The notes under the pieces are model-generated. The model had not been told where the DNA came from, ran no database searches, and worked only from the letters and a program-made list of their open reading frames with translations. This document shows, piece after piece, positions 47,628 through 57,854 of a stretch of 64,000 nt of DNA. The DNA lies in NCBI GenBank assembly GCA_943350765.1, contig CALRAJ010000003.1, positions 65,456 through 129,455 on the forward strand, written 5' to 3'. The translations under genes were made by a program, and so were the position numbers. This stretch comes from Candidatus Tayloriibacteriota bacterium. Lineage in GTDB: Bacteria; Patescibacteriota; Minisyncoccia; Phycocordibacterales; PALSA-1337. Within the stretch, counting starts at the first letter, position 1, and each line of letters starts with the position of its first letter.

Positions 47628-47850
47628 GAATGTACTTGCGAAAATAGTACAAAAAAAGTTATACACAGCACAGGAAAATAATGGGCATGCTATACTCTTT
47701 GGGTAATGAATTTTTACAAAAAAGAATATTTCTTTACCGTTGTCTGTGTTTATTAATAATTAACTTTTAAAAAAGTAGCTTTTTGTAAGCTACTTTTTTG
47801 TTTTAATCTATGAAAAAGTCTGTATATTTATCTACTTTCGTGTCTAAGGT

Positions 47851-47991
47851 ACCCCAAATTACTAAATGCTTTCTCGGCACATCTTTTAAATGGCACGAGT
47901 ATTTTTCTACTGAAAAATTTCTCAAGTCTCAGCTACCCGCTTCCGAAGTCCATTTAAAAGATATGCCTTCAACGCATTTCGTAATTTGGGG
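47851..47991 (+). repeat. MITE-like structured repeat, family F1 copy D
   Basis: 18-bp terminal inverted repeats ccccaaattactaaatgc...gcatttcgtaatttgggg. Confidence 0.6.
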
Positions 47992-49555
47992 TAAGGTAGT
48001 ATGTCTGGTATTTTTATTTACCTCCTGTTTTGCTTTTCAAAGCACTCTGGTGTCTGCATCAGTCGCAAACATCACTCAAACCGCTTTTACGACTTCGGCA
48101 CAGACAGTCGCTACGAGTGCGGTCTCAGAAAAGCTCACCATACAAACTCAAAATACCGGTGGTACCGAGGAACAGCTCGATGAGACAGCCGACCTCACTC
48201 TCGGTTCCTCCTCTGCGACAGGGGAGTTTTCCTCGAGTGCCACTACTTGGAATCCAGATACTGTAATCACAATGAGTAAAAATTCTGCCAATCGTTCATT
48301 TTATTATAAAGATTCTGTAGACGGCACATACACCATTACAGCTACGCTTTTGACGCGTACTACTCAAAAAAGTTGGACGACTACTCAGACTATTATTGTG
48401 GGTACCGGGGGATCGGGAGGAGGTACTACTAGCACAACTACCGACACGACCACAGCGACGACCACCGATAGCACTATAGCTACTTCCACAGCATCTATTG
48501 TTGGCAGTACATCGTCTCATTCTAGTGGTAGCTCTATAGCTAGAGATCCTGAGCCGATAGAATTTGAGATTTTTGGAGGGAGGGACAGACTAGCTATGGT
48601 TGGTGCACCTGTTACTTTTCAGGCCAAAATCGTGATTATTAAAAATGTTTCAAGTCCATCGAGGTATCTATGGTCGTTTGGTGACGGCTCAGCTCATGAT
48701 GGAGCAAAAGTTGATCATACCTACCTAATTCCTGGTGAGTATGCAGTGGTACTCAATGCAGACGCTTATGAAAGCAATGCTGTGTGGCGAGGTAGGGTTA
48801 CGGTAGTATCTCCAGATTTTTCTATTAGTACCTCAACCCCAGAATATATAGAGGTGTGGAACAAATCAGCATTTGAAAGCAATTTAAACGGCTGGAAAAT
48901 ACAAAACGGCAAAGAATCTTTTACTTTTCCTCTAGATACTATTATTCCCGCTCATAAAAAAGTGGCTTTTCCATATCAGGTTACCAAAGTGTCTTCCGGA
49001 CCAGATTTTTCACTAGAATTGTATAATCCGTCCTTAAGAGTGGTTACAAGCTGGAAAGCCCCAGTGTTGGCGAATGTTCCCGTCGCAATATCCACTAATC
49101 TTGCTTTAACAAACATCATATCTGGCTCAGCTTTGCTCACCAGTGCATCATCTGCTGAGGACATTGATATCCTATACAAAAAAGCTATTGCTATGAGAGA
49201 TGAGTGGGAAGCTGTGAATAGTCCTGATGTTAAGGTAAGTGAAAATGAGAATGAAGTCGTTTTGCCGAGACAAGCTTCACTAGCACTAGTTGAGTCAAGT
49301 GTCCAAAAACAAGCAAAAACGGTAGTCGAGATTGAGCCAGAAGAAGTAAAGACCGAAAAGCTAGCAAAGGTCTTGGTGGAGGAGGCTATCCCAGAAAAAG
49401 TTAAAAATATCGAGCCTGTCTCAAAAGGTAAAGGCCAAACTGCTTCAGCGATCACTATTTTGCCAGAAAGTAGTGAGACGACACGGGGATTTTTTGGTAC
49501 AATTATGTCATGGCCAGGTCGAAGCTTTCGTTTTGTGAGAGATTTAGTATTTTAA
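47961..49555 (+). CDS. secreted Ser/Thr-rich surface protein with PKD domain
   Basis: Candidate signal peptide VVCLVFLFTSCFAFQSTLVSASVA; PKD motif WSFGDGS...HTY. Start is uncertain: the track start 47810 reads through the repeat, and ATG 47961 lies in its last 30 nt. Confidence 0.5.
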
Positions 49556-49736
49556 TTAAATAATATGAGCATATTGCAACTATTCGATAAGAAGTTTTTC
49601 AAGACTGCGATAGGTTTTGGGGCTATTTTGGCTGTAGCAGGTATTGTTTTGAGTGTGGCTGGATACTACTACGAAAGTAATCTAAATATAGACAAAGCCA
49701 CAGAAGCCAATGTAATAAGTAGCACCAAATAATATA

Positions 49737-50324
49737 ATGAAAAAAGATATTTTACGCGTCATTGTGGGAGTTTTTATTTTTGCAACTTTGGTGGTAGTCG
49801 GACTGTATTTTTATGGTTTGTATTTACCTGATATAAATAGCTATTTTGCAAAGAGGGAGGAAGCGATAATTTTACAGAGAATGGAGGCAGAAAAGCAGGC
49901 TTTCAACGAGCTACATAAAAAAGATATTGAGGGTGGGGTAACACCTGAGGAAACATTTGACCTACTTATCACTGCTCTAAAGGCTGGTAATGTCGAGCTT
50001 GCGAGCAAGTATTATGTACCGATTTATCAAGAGGAGGCTAGGAAGGGGTTTGAGGAGGAGATTAAAAAGAATGGTGGGTTGGGGAGGAGTATCGAATCTT
50101 TTGTTGGAGTTAGGATGAATGCAAAAAAAGAGTGTGCAAATAGTGCAGGTGAATTGGGTGGATGTACTTTTGAATATATTTATACTGTAGATAAAGATGA
50201 AGTCGCTGATGTTGCAGGGAGACCAGAAAAGCTATTTTTTCCTAAAGGAAGTAAAGCATCACAAACTGTAAGTTTCTGGCTAAATCCATATACTAAAAAA
50301 TGGAAAATAAAAGATCAACCATAG
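49737..50324 (+). CDS. hypothetical membrane-anchored protein
   Basis: N-terminal TM helix and charged coiled segment. Confidence 0.35.
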   Translation: MKKDILRVIVGVFIFATLVVVGLYFYGLYLPDINSYFAKREEAIILQRMEAEKQAFNELHKKDIEGGVTPEETFDLLITALKAGNVELASKYYVPIYQEEARKGFEEEIKKNGGLGRSIESFVGVRMNAKKECANSAGELGGCTFEYIYTVDKDEVADVAGRPEKLFFPKGSKASQTVSFWLNPYTKKWKIKDQP

Positions 50325-50325
50325 A

Positions 50326-53300
50326 ATGAAGTTTTTTCAAATACTTTTGGTTTTTTGTATTTCATTCCTCACACCTTTTGTCGCATCTGCTTATCAGCCA
50401 CGCACTACTCATGCAGGACTCACTGAGCAGATGATAGAGTTTTATAACTCTTCCAACTCAAAACCTATTGGTACCCCAGATATGGAGCTAATAGTGCAAG
50501 CATCTGTCGACGAGGATTTCCTCACTCGTCCACTCAATCATTTTTATGATCCTATTCGCAATATCGGTATCAACAACGCTCGTTCGTCAAAAGTCTGGGC
50601 AATAGATGGAAGTATTGTCGAGAATGACTATTCGTGGCCAAAGGCAATCCGTGCCTATGCCGAGGGTAAGGACAGGCAGGCTCTGATCGGTCTCGGGCAT
50701 ATTTTACACCTCATCGAGGATTTATCTGTCCCTGATCATACTCGTAATGATCCCCACAAGGGTGATGGGCTAGAAAACGGCTTTACAGGAGAAAGTCCGT
50801 ATGAAAAGTGGACAAATGATACAAAAAATAGGGAGACTCTCAAGGGGCTTGCTCGTTGGTACCTGGTAGATGGGAGTAAGGCCTACCATTTCAATGATCT
50901 AGCTCAGGCTTTTGACTTTCTTGCTGGCTACTCTAACTATAACTTTTTTAGTCGGGATACTATTGTTAATAAGATTTATCAGTATTCCAACCCACTATTA
51001 AATGACGGAGATGGACTGTATCTGTATTCATTTGATAGTATAAATAAAGATAGACATAAACTACTAAAAATAAATAGAGACAAGGTTACAGGAAAGATAG
51101 AATATGTACTAGTAACAGACAACGACAAATCCGTCCTCTCCTCCTATTTCGATCGTCTTGCTAAACAAGCAATACTCACTGGTGTAGGAGTTATTGAGCT
51201 TTTCTTTAGAGAGGGCGAAAAAGCTCGTGCCGAGTACAAAATCGAGCAAGTAAAAGCAGAACAGGAGAAGATTGCCAAAGACGAGGCTATAGCAAAGGCT
51301 CAAGCAGATAAAAGCTACCTAGGAAAAGTAGTAGCTAGTATCGGCACTACTTTTAGTAACTACATTACAGAGCCTATAGTAAACACATCCAGACAGCTTG
51401 CCACGACTGTGTCGGGTGGAGCGACAGGTATCAGCCAAGCTTCCGGACACTACAGTGCTTTTTTGTTTTCAAGCAGTGCTTTGGCTGTACAAGAGGGTAA
51501 AGAGGCGGTAGTAGTAGAAGCCAATAAAGTCAAAGCTACCATAGCTCTCGCGACCGCTCAGGTAGCTACGATTATTCGACAAACCATAAATCAAAATATC
51601 GATACTAGTTCCCAAGTCGCTTCAGCATCTGAAATTGTCTCCCCACCAGCTAAAAATATAGCTTTGGCGACACCTACTTCCGAGATAAAATCCGTAACTA
51701 TTCCAACACCGCCTATTGTTGAAAAAGTTATCAAGGAAATTTCCACCATTATCCCGTCATTTTTTTATAACGGCGGTGGGGGAGGTGGTTCAAGTCAGAC
51801 TGCCAGAGTCATACAGCCCGAAGTAGTCATCGAGGATACTGCTACCAGTACCGCCACGACCAGCACACCTACTTTACCAGCTTCATCACTACTCTCATTT
51901 AATGTTACCGAATGCTCGCATTCATTAGTCGTGGGTATCTGTGCTGTAGCTACTAGTACCATCAGACTTTCTTGGCAGGCAAGCACCACTCCAGACTATT
52001 TCCAGGTCGCTATGAGTGGCACTCAAGATGAAATAGCCACAACCACAGAAAATCAAGCTGAAGTACTACTTTCTGGGGCGGGAACATATACTTTTTTGGT
52101 GGAGGCTTATGCTAGCACAACCTCATCTACCGCCTACGCCTCATCTACACAAACCGTAGTTGTTCTGGAAAATCCAGTAGTGATAAACGAAATAGCATGG
52201 TCAGGCACTAGTGCTACGACGACTGATCAGTGGCTCGAGCTTTATAATAATTCTACCTATAGTATCGACCTTTCAGCCTTAAAAATCACCTCACTAGATT
52301 CAAACTTTTCTATAAACCTTGGTGGAGTTATTTCCTCACACGGATACGCTTTGCTCGAGCGGGGAAGTGATCAGGTGGTGCAAAATATCTCCGCCGATAT
52401 GGTCTACGAAGTCATAGAAACCTCCCTACTTCCTGATACAGGTACCGCGCTTTCGCTACTTTGGAGCGACACAATCATAGACCAAATTCCCGACAGCACT
52501 TTCTTTGGTTGGACAGCAGGAAATGAAAATGTTTCGATGGAACGCTTCAGTACTACAGTTTCCGGTAAAGATGCTGACAATTGGAGTTCAAACCTCGTCT
52601 ATGTTTCTACAGGAAATGATTCTTTGGATAGTCCAATCTTCGGTACACCTCGGCAGAAAAATAGTATTTCCTATTTGATTAACAAAGGGCAGATCATTGA
52701 AAGCCCTGTCACGCTTACGATTGAAGATAGTCCATATATTATAGAGGGTGATTACGATATGTCAGTGATAGCTTCGACAGGTAGTCTTGTTGTAGATCCT
52801 GGAGTGGTTATCAAAGTATATAATTCATACCCTGTATATTCCAATGGGCAATTAAATATTCACGGTACAGTTTCAAATCCAGTCATTTTTACAAGTGTAT
52901 TAGATACAAGTGTGGGAGCTGGTATTCCAATACGCACAGAACAGGTCGTGGGTGGAAATACTTTTGCTGGCATCACACTTTATGATGGTTCCGAGGGGTC
53001 GGTTATCAATAATTTACAAATAAAGTCAGTAAAGAAAGGTATTACTTTTAATAAAACCAATGCAAAAGTGGACGGTCTCTCTATTTCAAATTCAGACAAT
53101 GGTATTACTATAAAAGACGGATATATTACTCTAAACAATATACAGCTCGAGAATATCCAAGAAGATGCGATAAGTGTGTATGGGGGTGAAATGATTATAT
53201 CGAGCAGTACTATTTCGGGGGTGTATGATGGAGATGCTATTGCTCTATACACCGCATCGTCATCTATCACTGGCGTTTCGATTTCTGGATTGGATGATGG

Positions 53301-53787
53301 TGACGCCTTCGGTCTTTATGATTCATTTGCAACACTCGACAATGTATCTACTTTAGATAGTATGGGTGGCTCCGCACTTGGTATGTACAGTAGTTTTGCA
53401 ACCACCACTAGAAGTGTCTTTAAAAATGGTTTGTTTGGTATCGAGCTGTATTCATCTGCTCTACATATATCGACCAGCACTGTATCTGGATTTGAGCGTA
53501 CGGGGATTTCTGGGTATTCAAGTAATCTAGTTATATCAGGAGTAACTGTTTCGAGTAATGCTACGGGTATCGATGCTTATGGAGATTTTATGTCCATTGA
53601 CTACAGTAATATTTTTGGCAATACCGACTACGGTCTTTATTATGCTGGGTCGGGCATACTACAGGTTATGCATAGCTGGTGGGGTGATATGACAGGACCA
53701 TATCATGAGACGGATAACCCAGCGGGTCTAGGAAATGGAGTTTATGGGTCGGCGGACTTCTCAGGGTGGCTTTTGGAAGCTATCTAA
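50326..53787 (+). CDS. large secreted multidomain protein: lamin-tail domain plus right-handed beta-helix repeats
   Basis: Signal peptide. VVINEIAWSGTSATTTDQWLELYN...ALLERGSD matches the LTD fold. C-terminal repeated G-rich beta-helix units (NSDNGITIKDG...). Confidence 0.55.
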   Translation: MKFFQILLVFCISFLTPFVASAYQPRTTHAGLTEQMIEFYNSSNSKPIGTPDMELIVQASVDEDFLTRPLNHFYDPIRNIGINNARSSKVWAIDGSIVENDYSWPKAIRAYAEGKDRQALIGLGHILHLIEDLSVPDHTRNDPHKGDGLENGFTGESPYEKWTNDTKNRETLKGLARWYLVDGSKAYHFNDLAQAFDFLAGYSNYNFFSRDTIVNKIYQYSNPLLNDGDGLYLYSFDSINKDRHKLLKINRDKVTGKIEYVLVTDNDKSVLSSYFDRLAKQAILTGVGVIELFFREGEKARAEYKIEQVKAEQEKIAKDEAIAKAQADKSYLGKVVASIGTTFSNYITEPIVNTSRQLATTVSGGATGISQASGHYSAFLFSSSALAVQEGKEAVVVEANKVKATIALATAQVATIIRQTINQNIDTSSQVASASEIVSPPAKNIALATPTSEIKSVTIPTPPIVEKVIKEISTIIPSFFYNGGGGGGSSQTARVIQPEVVIEDTATSTATTSTPTLPASSLLSFNVTECSHSLVVGICAVATSTIRLSWQASTTPDYFQVAMSGTQDEIATTTENQAEVLLSGAGTYTFLVEAYASTTSSTAYASSTQTVVVLENPVVINEIAWSGTSATTTDQWLELYNNSTYSIDLSALKITSLDSNFSINLGGVISSHGYALLERGSDQVVQNISADMVYEVIETSLLPDTGTALSLLWSDTIIDQIPDSTFFGWTAGNENVSMERFSTTVSGKDADNWSSNLVYVSTGNDSLDSPIFGTPRQKNSISYLINKGQIIESPVTLTIEDSPYIIEGDYDMSVIASTGSLVVDPGVVIKVYNSYPVYSNGQLNIHGTVSNPVIFTSVLDTSVGAGIPIRTEQVVGGNTFAGITLYDGSEGSVINNLQIKSVKKGITFNKTNAKVDGLSISNSDNGITIKDGYITLNNIQLENIQEDAISVYGGEMIISSSTISGVYDGDAIALYTASSSITGVSISGLDDGDAFGLYDSFATLDNVSTLDSMGGSALGMYSSFATTTRSVFKNGLFGIELYSSALHISTSTVSGFERTGISGYSSNLVISGVTVSSNATGIDAYGDFMSIDYSNIFGNTDYGLYYAGSGILQVMHSWWGDMTGPYHETDNPAGLGNGVYGSADFSGWLLEAI

Positions 53788-53862
53788 AAATCATCTATGA
53801 GCAGAGGTGTTTTATGAGAGCTTATTTGCACAATCCACGAAATTTTTTACTAAAAATTTCGT

Positions 53863-53968
53863 GGTCGCGTAGCGATTAGTCCTAAAAAGGTGGTTCGGAA
53901 CGCGTCGGCTGAGACTTCAGGTTTTGACGGGCTAGCCCGTCCGTACCCTTCCGGGGCGGAGTAGTAAT
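53863..53968 (+). repeat. repeat family F2 copy 1 (upstream of the r-protein operon)
   Basis: aaaaatttcgtggtcgcgtagcgattagtcctaaaaaggtggttcgga...gagacttcaggt...ccgtaccc, homologous to 59611-59740. Confidence 0.5.
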
Positions 53969-54050
53969 AGCAAAAAAGAGACTTCGGAAGCGGGTAGCTG
54001 AGACTTGAGAGATTTCTTACCAAAGAAATACTCGTGCTCTTTTTTGGTAT
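53969..54050 (-). repeat. family F1 copy E (core only, inverted), inside or adjacent to F2 copy 1
   Basis: aaaaaagagacttcggaagcgggtagctgagacttgagagatttcttaccaaagaaatactcgtgctctttttt is the reverse complement of the F1 core. Confidence 0.5.
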
Positions 54051-54128
54051 TACTGCGAAGCCGTTGACTTTATTTTCCTATCTGCTATGATAGTACGCAC
54101 TGGCTCATAGAGCTTGTTTTATTTCATA

Positions 54129-54470
54129 ATGACACGGTCACTTAAAAAGGGTCCATATGTTGATGAGAAACTGCTAAAGAAAATAGCAGGTAAGAAACCT
54201 ATTGAAACTGGGGTTATTAAAACATGGGCACGCCGAAGTCAGATCGCTCCAGAAATGGTTGGCTTTGCCTTTGGTGTACACAACGGCAAGCAACATCTCG
54301 AGGTACTTGTTACCGAAGATATGGTGGGTCATAGACTAGGTGAATTTTCACACACAAAGAAATTCTTCCGACACGGAGGTAAAATGCAGAAAGAGCTCGA
54401 GCTCAAAAAGAAAGAGGCTGAAATCACCGCAGCCAAGTCCGCAAAGGCTGAAACTCCAGCTAAAAAGTAA
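54129..54470 (+). CDS. rpsS: 30S ribosomal protein S19
   Basis: [18 protein letters not shown]...GHRLGEF. Confidence 0.9.
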   Translation: MTRSLKKGPYVDEKLLKKIAGKKPIETGVIKTWARRSQIAPEMVGFAFGVHNGKQHLEVLVTEDMVGHRLGEFSHTKKFFRHGGKMQKELELKKKEAEITAAKSAKAETPAKK

Positions 54471-54479
54471 TATATTCCC

Positions 54480-54908
54480 ATGGTTACAGCATCACTCAAC
54501 AACTATCGTCAGTCTCCTAGAAAAGTTCGCCTCGTGGCGACACTGCTTTGTGGTAAGACAGTTACCGATGCACTCGTTGCACTTCAGTTTGTAGGCAAGC
54601 GGGCTTCTGGTCCTATCGCCACCCTTATTCAGTCTGCGGTGGCAAATGCCAAGAACAACTTCAGTCTCGATGTGCAAAACCTTTTTATAAAAGAATTACG
54701 AGTAGATTCTGGTCCGGTACTAAAACGACGAATGCCTAGAGCACGAGGCAGAGCTTTTCCTATCCACAAGCGTACCAGCCATGTGAGACTTGTGTTGGCT
54801 GAGAAAATTGGAGGAGACAAAAAGTCTATGAAAGCTTTAAAATCACCGGTAAAAAGTTTACAGGCCCCAAAAGTAGTAAAAGCCAAAAAAGTCACAACTA
54901 AAAAATAA
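54480..54908 (+). CDS. rplV: 50S ribosomal protein L22
   Basis: SPRKVRLVATLLCGKTVTDALVALQF...; lysine-rich C-terminal extension. Confidence 0.9.
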   Translation: MVTASLNNYRQSPRKVRLVATLLCGKTVTDALVALQFVGKRASGPIATLIQSAVANAKNNFSLDVQNLFIKELRVDSGPVLKRRMPRARGRAFPIHKRTSHVRLVLAEKIGGDKKSMKALKSPVKSLQAPKVVKAKKVTTKK

Positions 54909-54913
54909 CCACC

Positions 54914-55576
54914 ATGTCACATTCAGTACATCCATACGCACATAGATTGGGTATTATCAGAGACTGGAAGTCTCGCTGGTTTGGTGTAAAAGGTCAGTAC
55001 AAAAATTTCCTACTCTGCGATATCACTATTCGAGAATACTTGGAAAAGAAGCTAAGAGGGTACTATGTTGCTGGTATTGATATTGAACGAAGTCAAAAGT
55101 CCCTCCGTGTTATTATAAAAACCTCACGACCGGGTATGATTATTGGACGAGCTGGTGATGGTGTTGCAAAGCTCCGAGATGCGGTAGTAAAACACCTTGA
55201 GAAAAAAGGTCTACCTCAGACACAAGAAATCAAAATGGACATAGAGGAGGTGCGAAGTCCAGAGTCTAGCGCTGCGATTGTAAGCTTTATGATTGCCGAA
55301 GGTCTCGAAAAACGACTACCTTTTCGCCGAGTAATGAAGCAGACTGTGGAAAAGGTAATGGCAAACCGTGATGTTCAGGGTGTTAAAATCCGCCTCGGAG
55401 GTCGCCTCGGAGGTGCTGATATGGCTCGGGTAGAAGACCTAAAAAAGGGTCGTATTCCACTGCAGACATTCCGTGCCAATATTGATTTTCACCGAGAAAA
55501 GGCACACATGACCTACGGTGATATCGGTATCAAGGTCTGGATATATAAAGGCAATATTTTTGCCAAAACCAAATAA
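54914..55576 (+). CDS. rpsC: 30S ribosomal protein S3
   Basis: HPYAHRLGII..WKSRWF, then KH domain. Confidence 0.9.
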   Translation: MSHSVHPYAHRLGIIRDWKSRWFGVKGQYKNFLLCDITIREYLEKKLRGYYVAGIDIERSQKSLRVIIKTSRPGMIIGRAGDGVAKLRDAVVKHLEKKGLPQTQEIKMDIEEVRSPESSAAIVSFMIAEGLEKRLPFRRVMKQTVEKVMANRDVQGVKIRLGGRLGGADMARVEDLKKGRIPLQTFRANIDFHREKAHMTYGDIGIKVWIYKGNIFAKTK

Positions 55577-55584
55577 ATACTTCC

Positions 55585-56013
55585 ATGTTATTCCCTAAAA
55601 AAGTAAAATTTAGAAAGTGGCATACCGGCCGAGAGAATCCAAAAAAGGTAACCCCTGAAACAAGAGGTATTACTTTGTCTTTTGGATCATTTGGTCTAAA
55701 GTCACTCGGTTATGCTCGAATGACCTCTAATCAGATCGAGTCAGCTCGAAAGGTGATGGCGAGATATGCTACAAAGTCTGGAAAAGTCTGGGTACGGATT
55801 TTCCCAGACCGACCATTTACGGTAAAGCCTGCCGAAGTAAAGATGGGTAAGGGAAAGGGAGACCCGGTCGGTTTCGTTTTCCCAGTATACGCTGGCAGAG
55901 TACTCTTTGAGATCGATGGCGTTGATGAAAAAGTAGCAAAAGAGGCACTTCGCAAGGCGGGTACAAAGTTGCCAGTCAAAACACGCATCATAAGTCGAGC
56001 TATTCTCGGATAA
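55585..56013 (+). CDS. rplP: 50S ribosomal protein L16
   Basis: MLFPKKVKFRKWHTGRE... Confidence 0.9.
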   Translation: MLFPKKVKFRKWHTGRENPKKVTPETRGITLSFGSFGLKSLGYARMTSNQIESARKVMARYATKSGKVWVRIFPDRPFTVKPAEVKMGKGKGDPVGFVFPVYAGRVLFEIDGVDEKVAKEALRKAGTKLPVKTRIISRAILG

Positions 56014-56033
56014 CTTGCAATAATATCAAAAAT

Positions 56034-56219
56034 ATGTCAGATTTTAAGAAAATGAATGATGTAGACCTAGTAAAGACCCTCAAAGATAAGAGGGAGGCAC
56101 TTCGGGTATTTCGTTTTGGGGTTGCGGGGAGCAAGACTCGGAATGTAAAAGAAGCCAGTGTGCTTAGACGAGATATTGCTCGAGTGATGACCGAAATAGG
56201 TAGCAAGAAAAATAAATAG
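56034..56219 (+). CDS. rpmC: 50S ribosomal protein L29
   Basis: LVKTLKDKREALRVFRF. Confidence 0.8.
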   Translation: MSDFKKMNDVDLVKTLKDKREALRVFRFGVAGSKTRNVKEASVLRRDIARVMTEIGSKKNK

Positions 56220-56221
56220 CC

Positions 56222-56485
56222 ATGAATACACAAACAACACAAAATAATACAGAATTAGTAGGAAAGAAAAAAGTTCTTTCTGGTGTTGTGGTGTCTGATA
56301 AGATGAAGGATACTATTGTGGTACTCGTGGAACGATATGTAAAGCACCCAAAATACCAAAAGTTTTTGAACCTTAGAAAGAAGTACAAGGTACACGATGC
56401 TGGTAACATAAAGAAGATAGGGGATAAGGTAGATATCGAGGAGACTCGACCTATTTCAAAGACAAAGCATTTTCGAGTACTCTAA
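56222..56485 (+). CDS. rpsQ: 30S ribosomal protein S17
   Basis: VLSGVVVSDKMKDTIVVLVERYVKHPKYQKF. Confidence 0.85.
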   Translation: MNTQTTQNNTELVGKKKVLSGVVVSDKMKDTIVVLVERYVKHPKYQKFLNLRKKYKVHDAGNIKKIGDKVDIEETRPISKTKHFRVL

Positions 56486-56500
56486 TTTTTATATACTTAT

Positions 56501-56872
56501 ATGATTCAACCAAGATCAATTGTACGAATAACAGACAACTCAGGCGCAAAAGTCGGCCGAATTTTCAAGGTACTTGGTAGTGCTGGTAAGCGTTGGGCAT
56601 GTATTGGTGAGACTGTAGTGCTTTCAGTACAGCGCGCAGAGCCTAGAAAAGCTATCAAAAAGAAAGATGTTCTTCAGGCAGTGGTGGTACGACAAACCAA
56701 GCCATTTAGACGCTCTGATGGCTCATATATTCGATTTGATGAAAACGCAGTGGTGATTATTGAAAAGGGCAAGAAAGATCCTGTAGCTGGTCGCGTATTC
56801 GGTCCTATTCCACGAGAGTTGGCAGAAAAGGGGTATCAGAAAATCGCCTCATTAGCTCCAGAAATAGTATAA
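56501..56872 (+). CDS. rplN: 50S ribosomal protein L14
   Basis: MIQPRSIVRITDNSGAK. Confidence 0.9.
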   Translation: MIQPRSIVRITDNSGAKVGRIFKVLGSAGKRWACIGETVVLSVQRAEPRKAIKKKDVLQAVVVRQTKPFRRSDGSYIRFDENAVVIIEKGKKDPVAGRVFGPIPRELAEKGYQKIASLAPEIV

Positions 56873-56877
56873 ATACC

Positions 56878-57147
56878 ATGAAGATACATAAAAATGACAA
56901 TGTAATAGTGATTGCTGGAAAGGATAAGGGTAAAACCGGAAAAGTGGTAAAGGCAATACCAAAAGAAAACAAGATTATTGTCGAAGGTGTTGGTATGGTT
57001 AAAAAGCATCAGCGACCCACCAAAGGTGGTCAAAAGGGACAGGTAATTCAAAAGGCTATGCCGATAGATGTTTCAAATGTGAGGATAGCGGGTGTACAAA
57101 AGCCAAAGAAGGAGAAGGTGGTAAAAAAGGTGATTAAAAAAGCATAA
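56878..57147 (+). CDS. rplX: 50S ribosomal protein L24
   Basis: MKIHKNDNVIVIAGKDKGKTGKV (KOW). Confidence 0.85.
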   Translation: MKIHKNDNVIVIAGKDKGKTGKVVKAIPKENKIIVEGVGMVKKHQRPTKGGQKGQVIQKAMPIDVSNVRIAGVQKPKKEKVVKKVIKKA

Positions 57148-57165
57148 AGACAGAATATTACTACT

Positions 57166-57714
57166 ATGAAAACACTAAGAGAAAAAGAAGCTGGCGCGTT
57201 TGAGGCACTAAAGGTAGCTTTTGCATATAAAAATAAAATGCAGGCACCTCGCCTTGTAAAGGTGGCTATTTCGAGTGGTATCGGATCAATAAAAGATAAG
57301 AAAAAAGCAGAGCTTGTGGGTGATAGACTTGGAAAGATAACTGGTCAAAAGCCAGCTAAAAAAGGCTCAAAGAAATCAATCGCCGCTTTCAAGATTCGCG
57401 AGGGTGACCTTGTGGGTTATCAGATTACCTTGAGAGGTCAGAGAATGTATGATTTTCTCGAGAAGTTGGTAAATGTGGCATTGCCAAGAACTCGAGACTT
57501 TCGAGGTATTTCACCAAAGGCGGTGGACGAGATGGGTAACTACACTGTAGGTATGCGAGAACACACTATTTTTCCTGAGACAGCGGACGAAGATTTAAAG
57601 GATGTGTTTGGACTTTCGGCTACTATTGTGACTACCTCAAATAACAAAAAGGAAACACTAGCTTTCTTGGAGCTTTTAGGTTTTCCATTTAAAAAAGAGG
57701 TTGCGGTAAAGTAA
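57166..57714 (+). CDS. rplE: 50S ribosomal protein L5
   Basis: PRLVKVAISSGIG...; position after rplX. Confidence 0.9.
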   Translation: MKTLREKEAGAFEALKVAFAYKNKMQAPRLVKVAISSGIGSIKDKKKAELVGDRLGKITGQKPAKKGSKKSIAAFKIREGDLVGYQITLRGQRMYDFLEKLVNVALPRTRDFRGISPKAVDEMGNYTVGMREHTIFPETADEDLKDVFGLSATIVTTSNNKKETLAFLELLGFPFKKEVAVK

Positions 57715-57730
57715 ATATAAATAATCTAAC

Positions 57731-57772
57731 ACAAAATTCGCCGTTCACCCGAAGTGAACGGCGAATTTTGTG
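57731..57772 (+). terminator. perfect hairpin acaaaattcgccgttcac-ccgaa-gtgaacggcgaattttgt ending the r-protein block
   Basis: 19-bp inverted repeat immediately after the rplE stop. Confidence 0.6.
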
Positions 57773-57854
57773 TTTAAGAATGCTATATCTGACAACATAT
57801 TTTGATTTTGGTAAGTTGTTGGTAGCGATTGGTTTGATGTATAATTGTATAATT

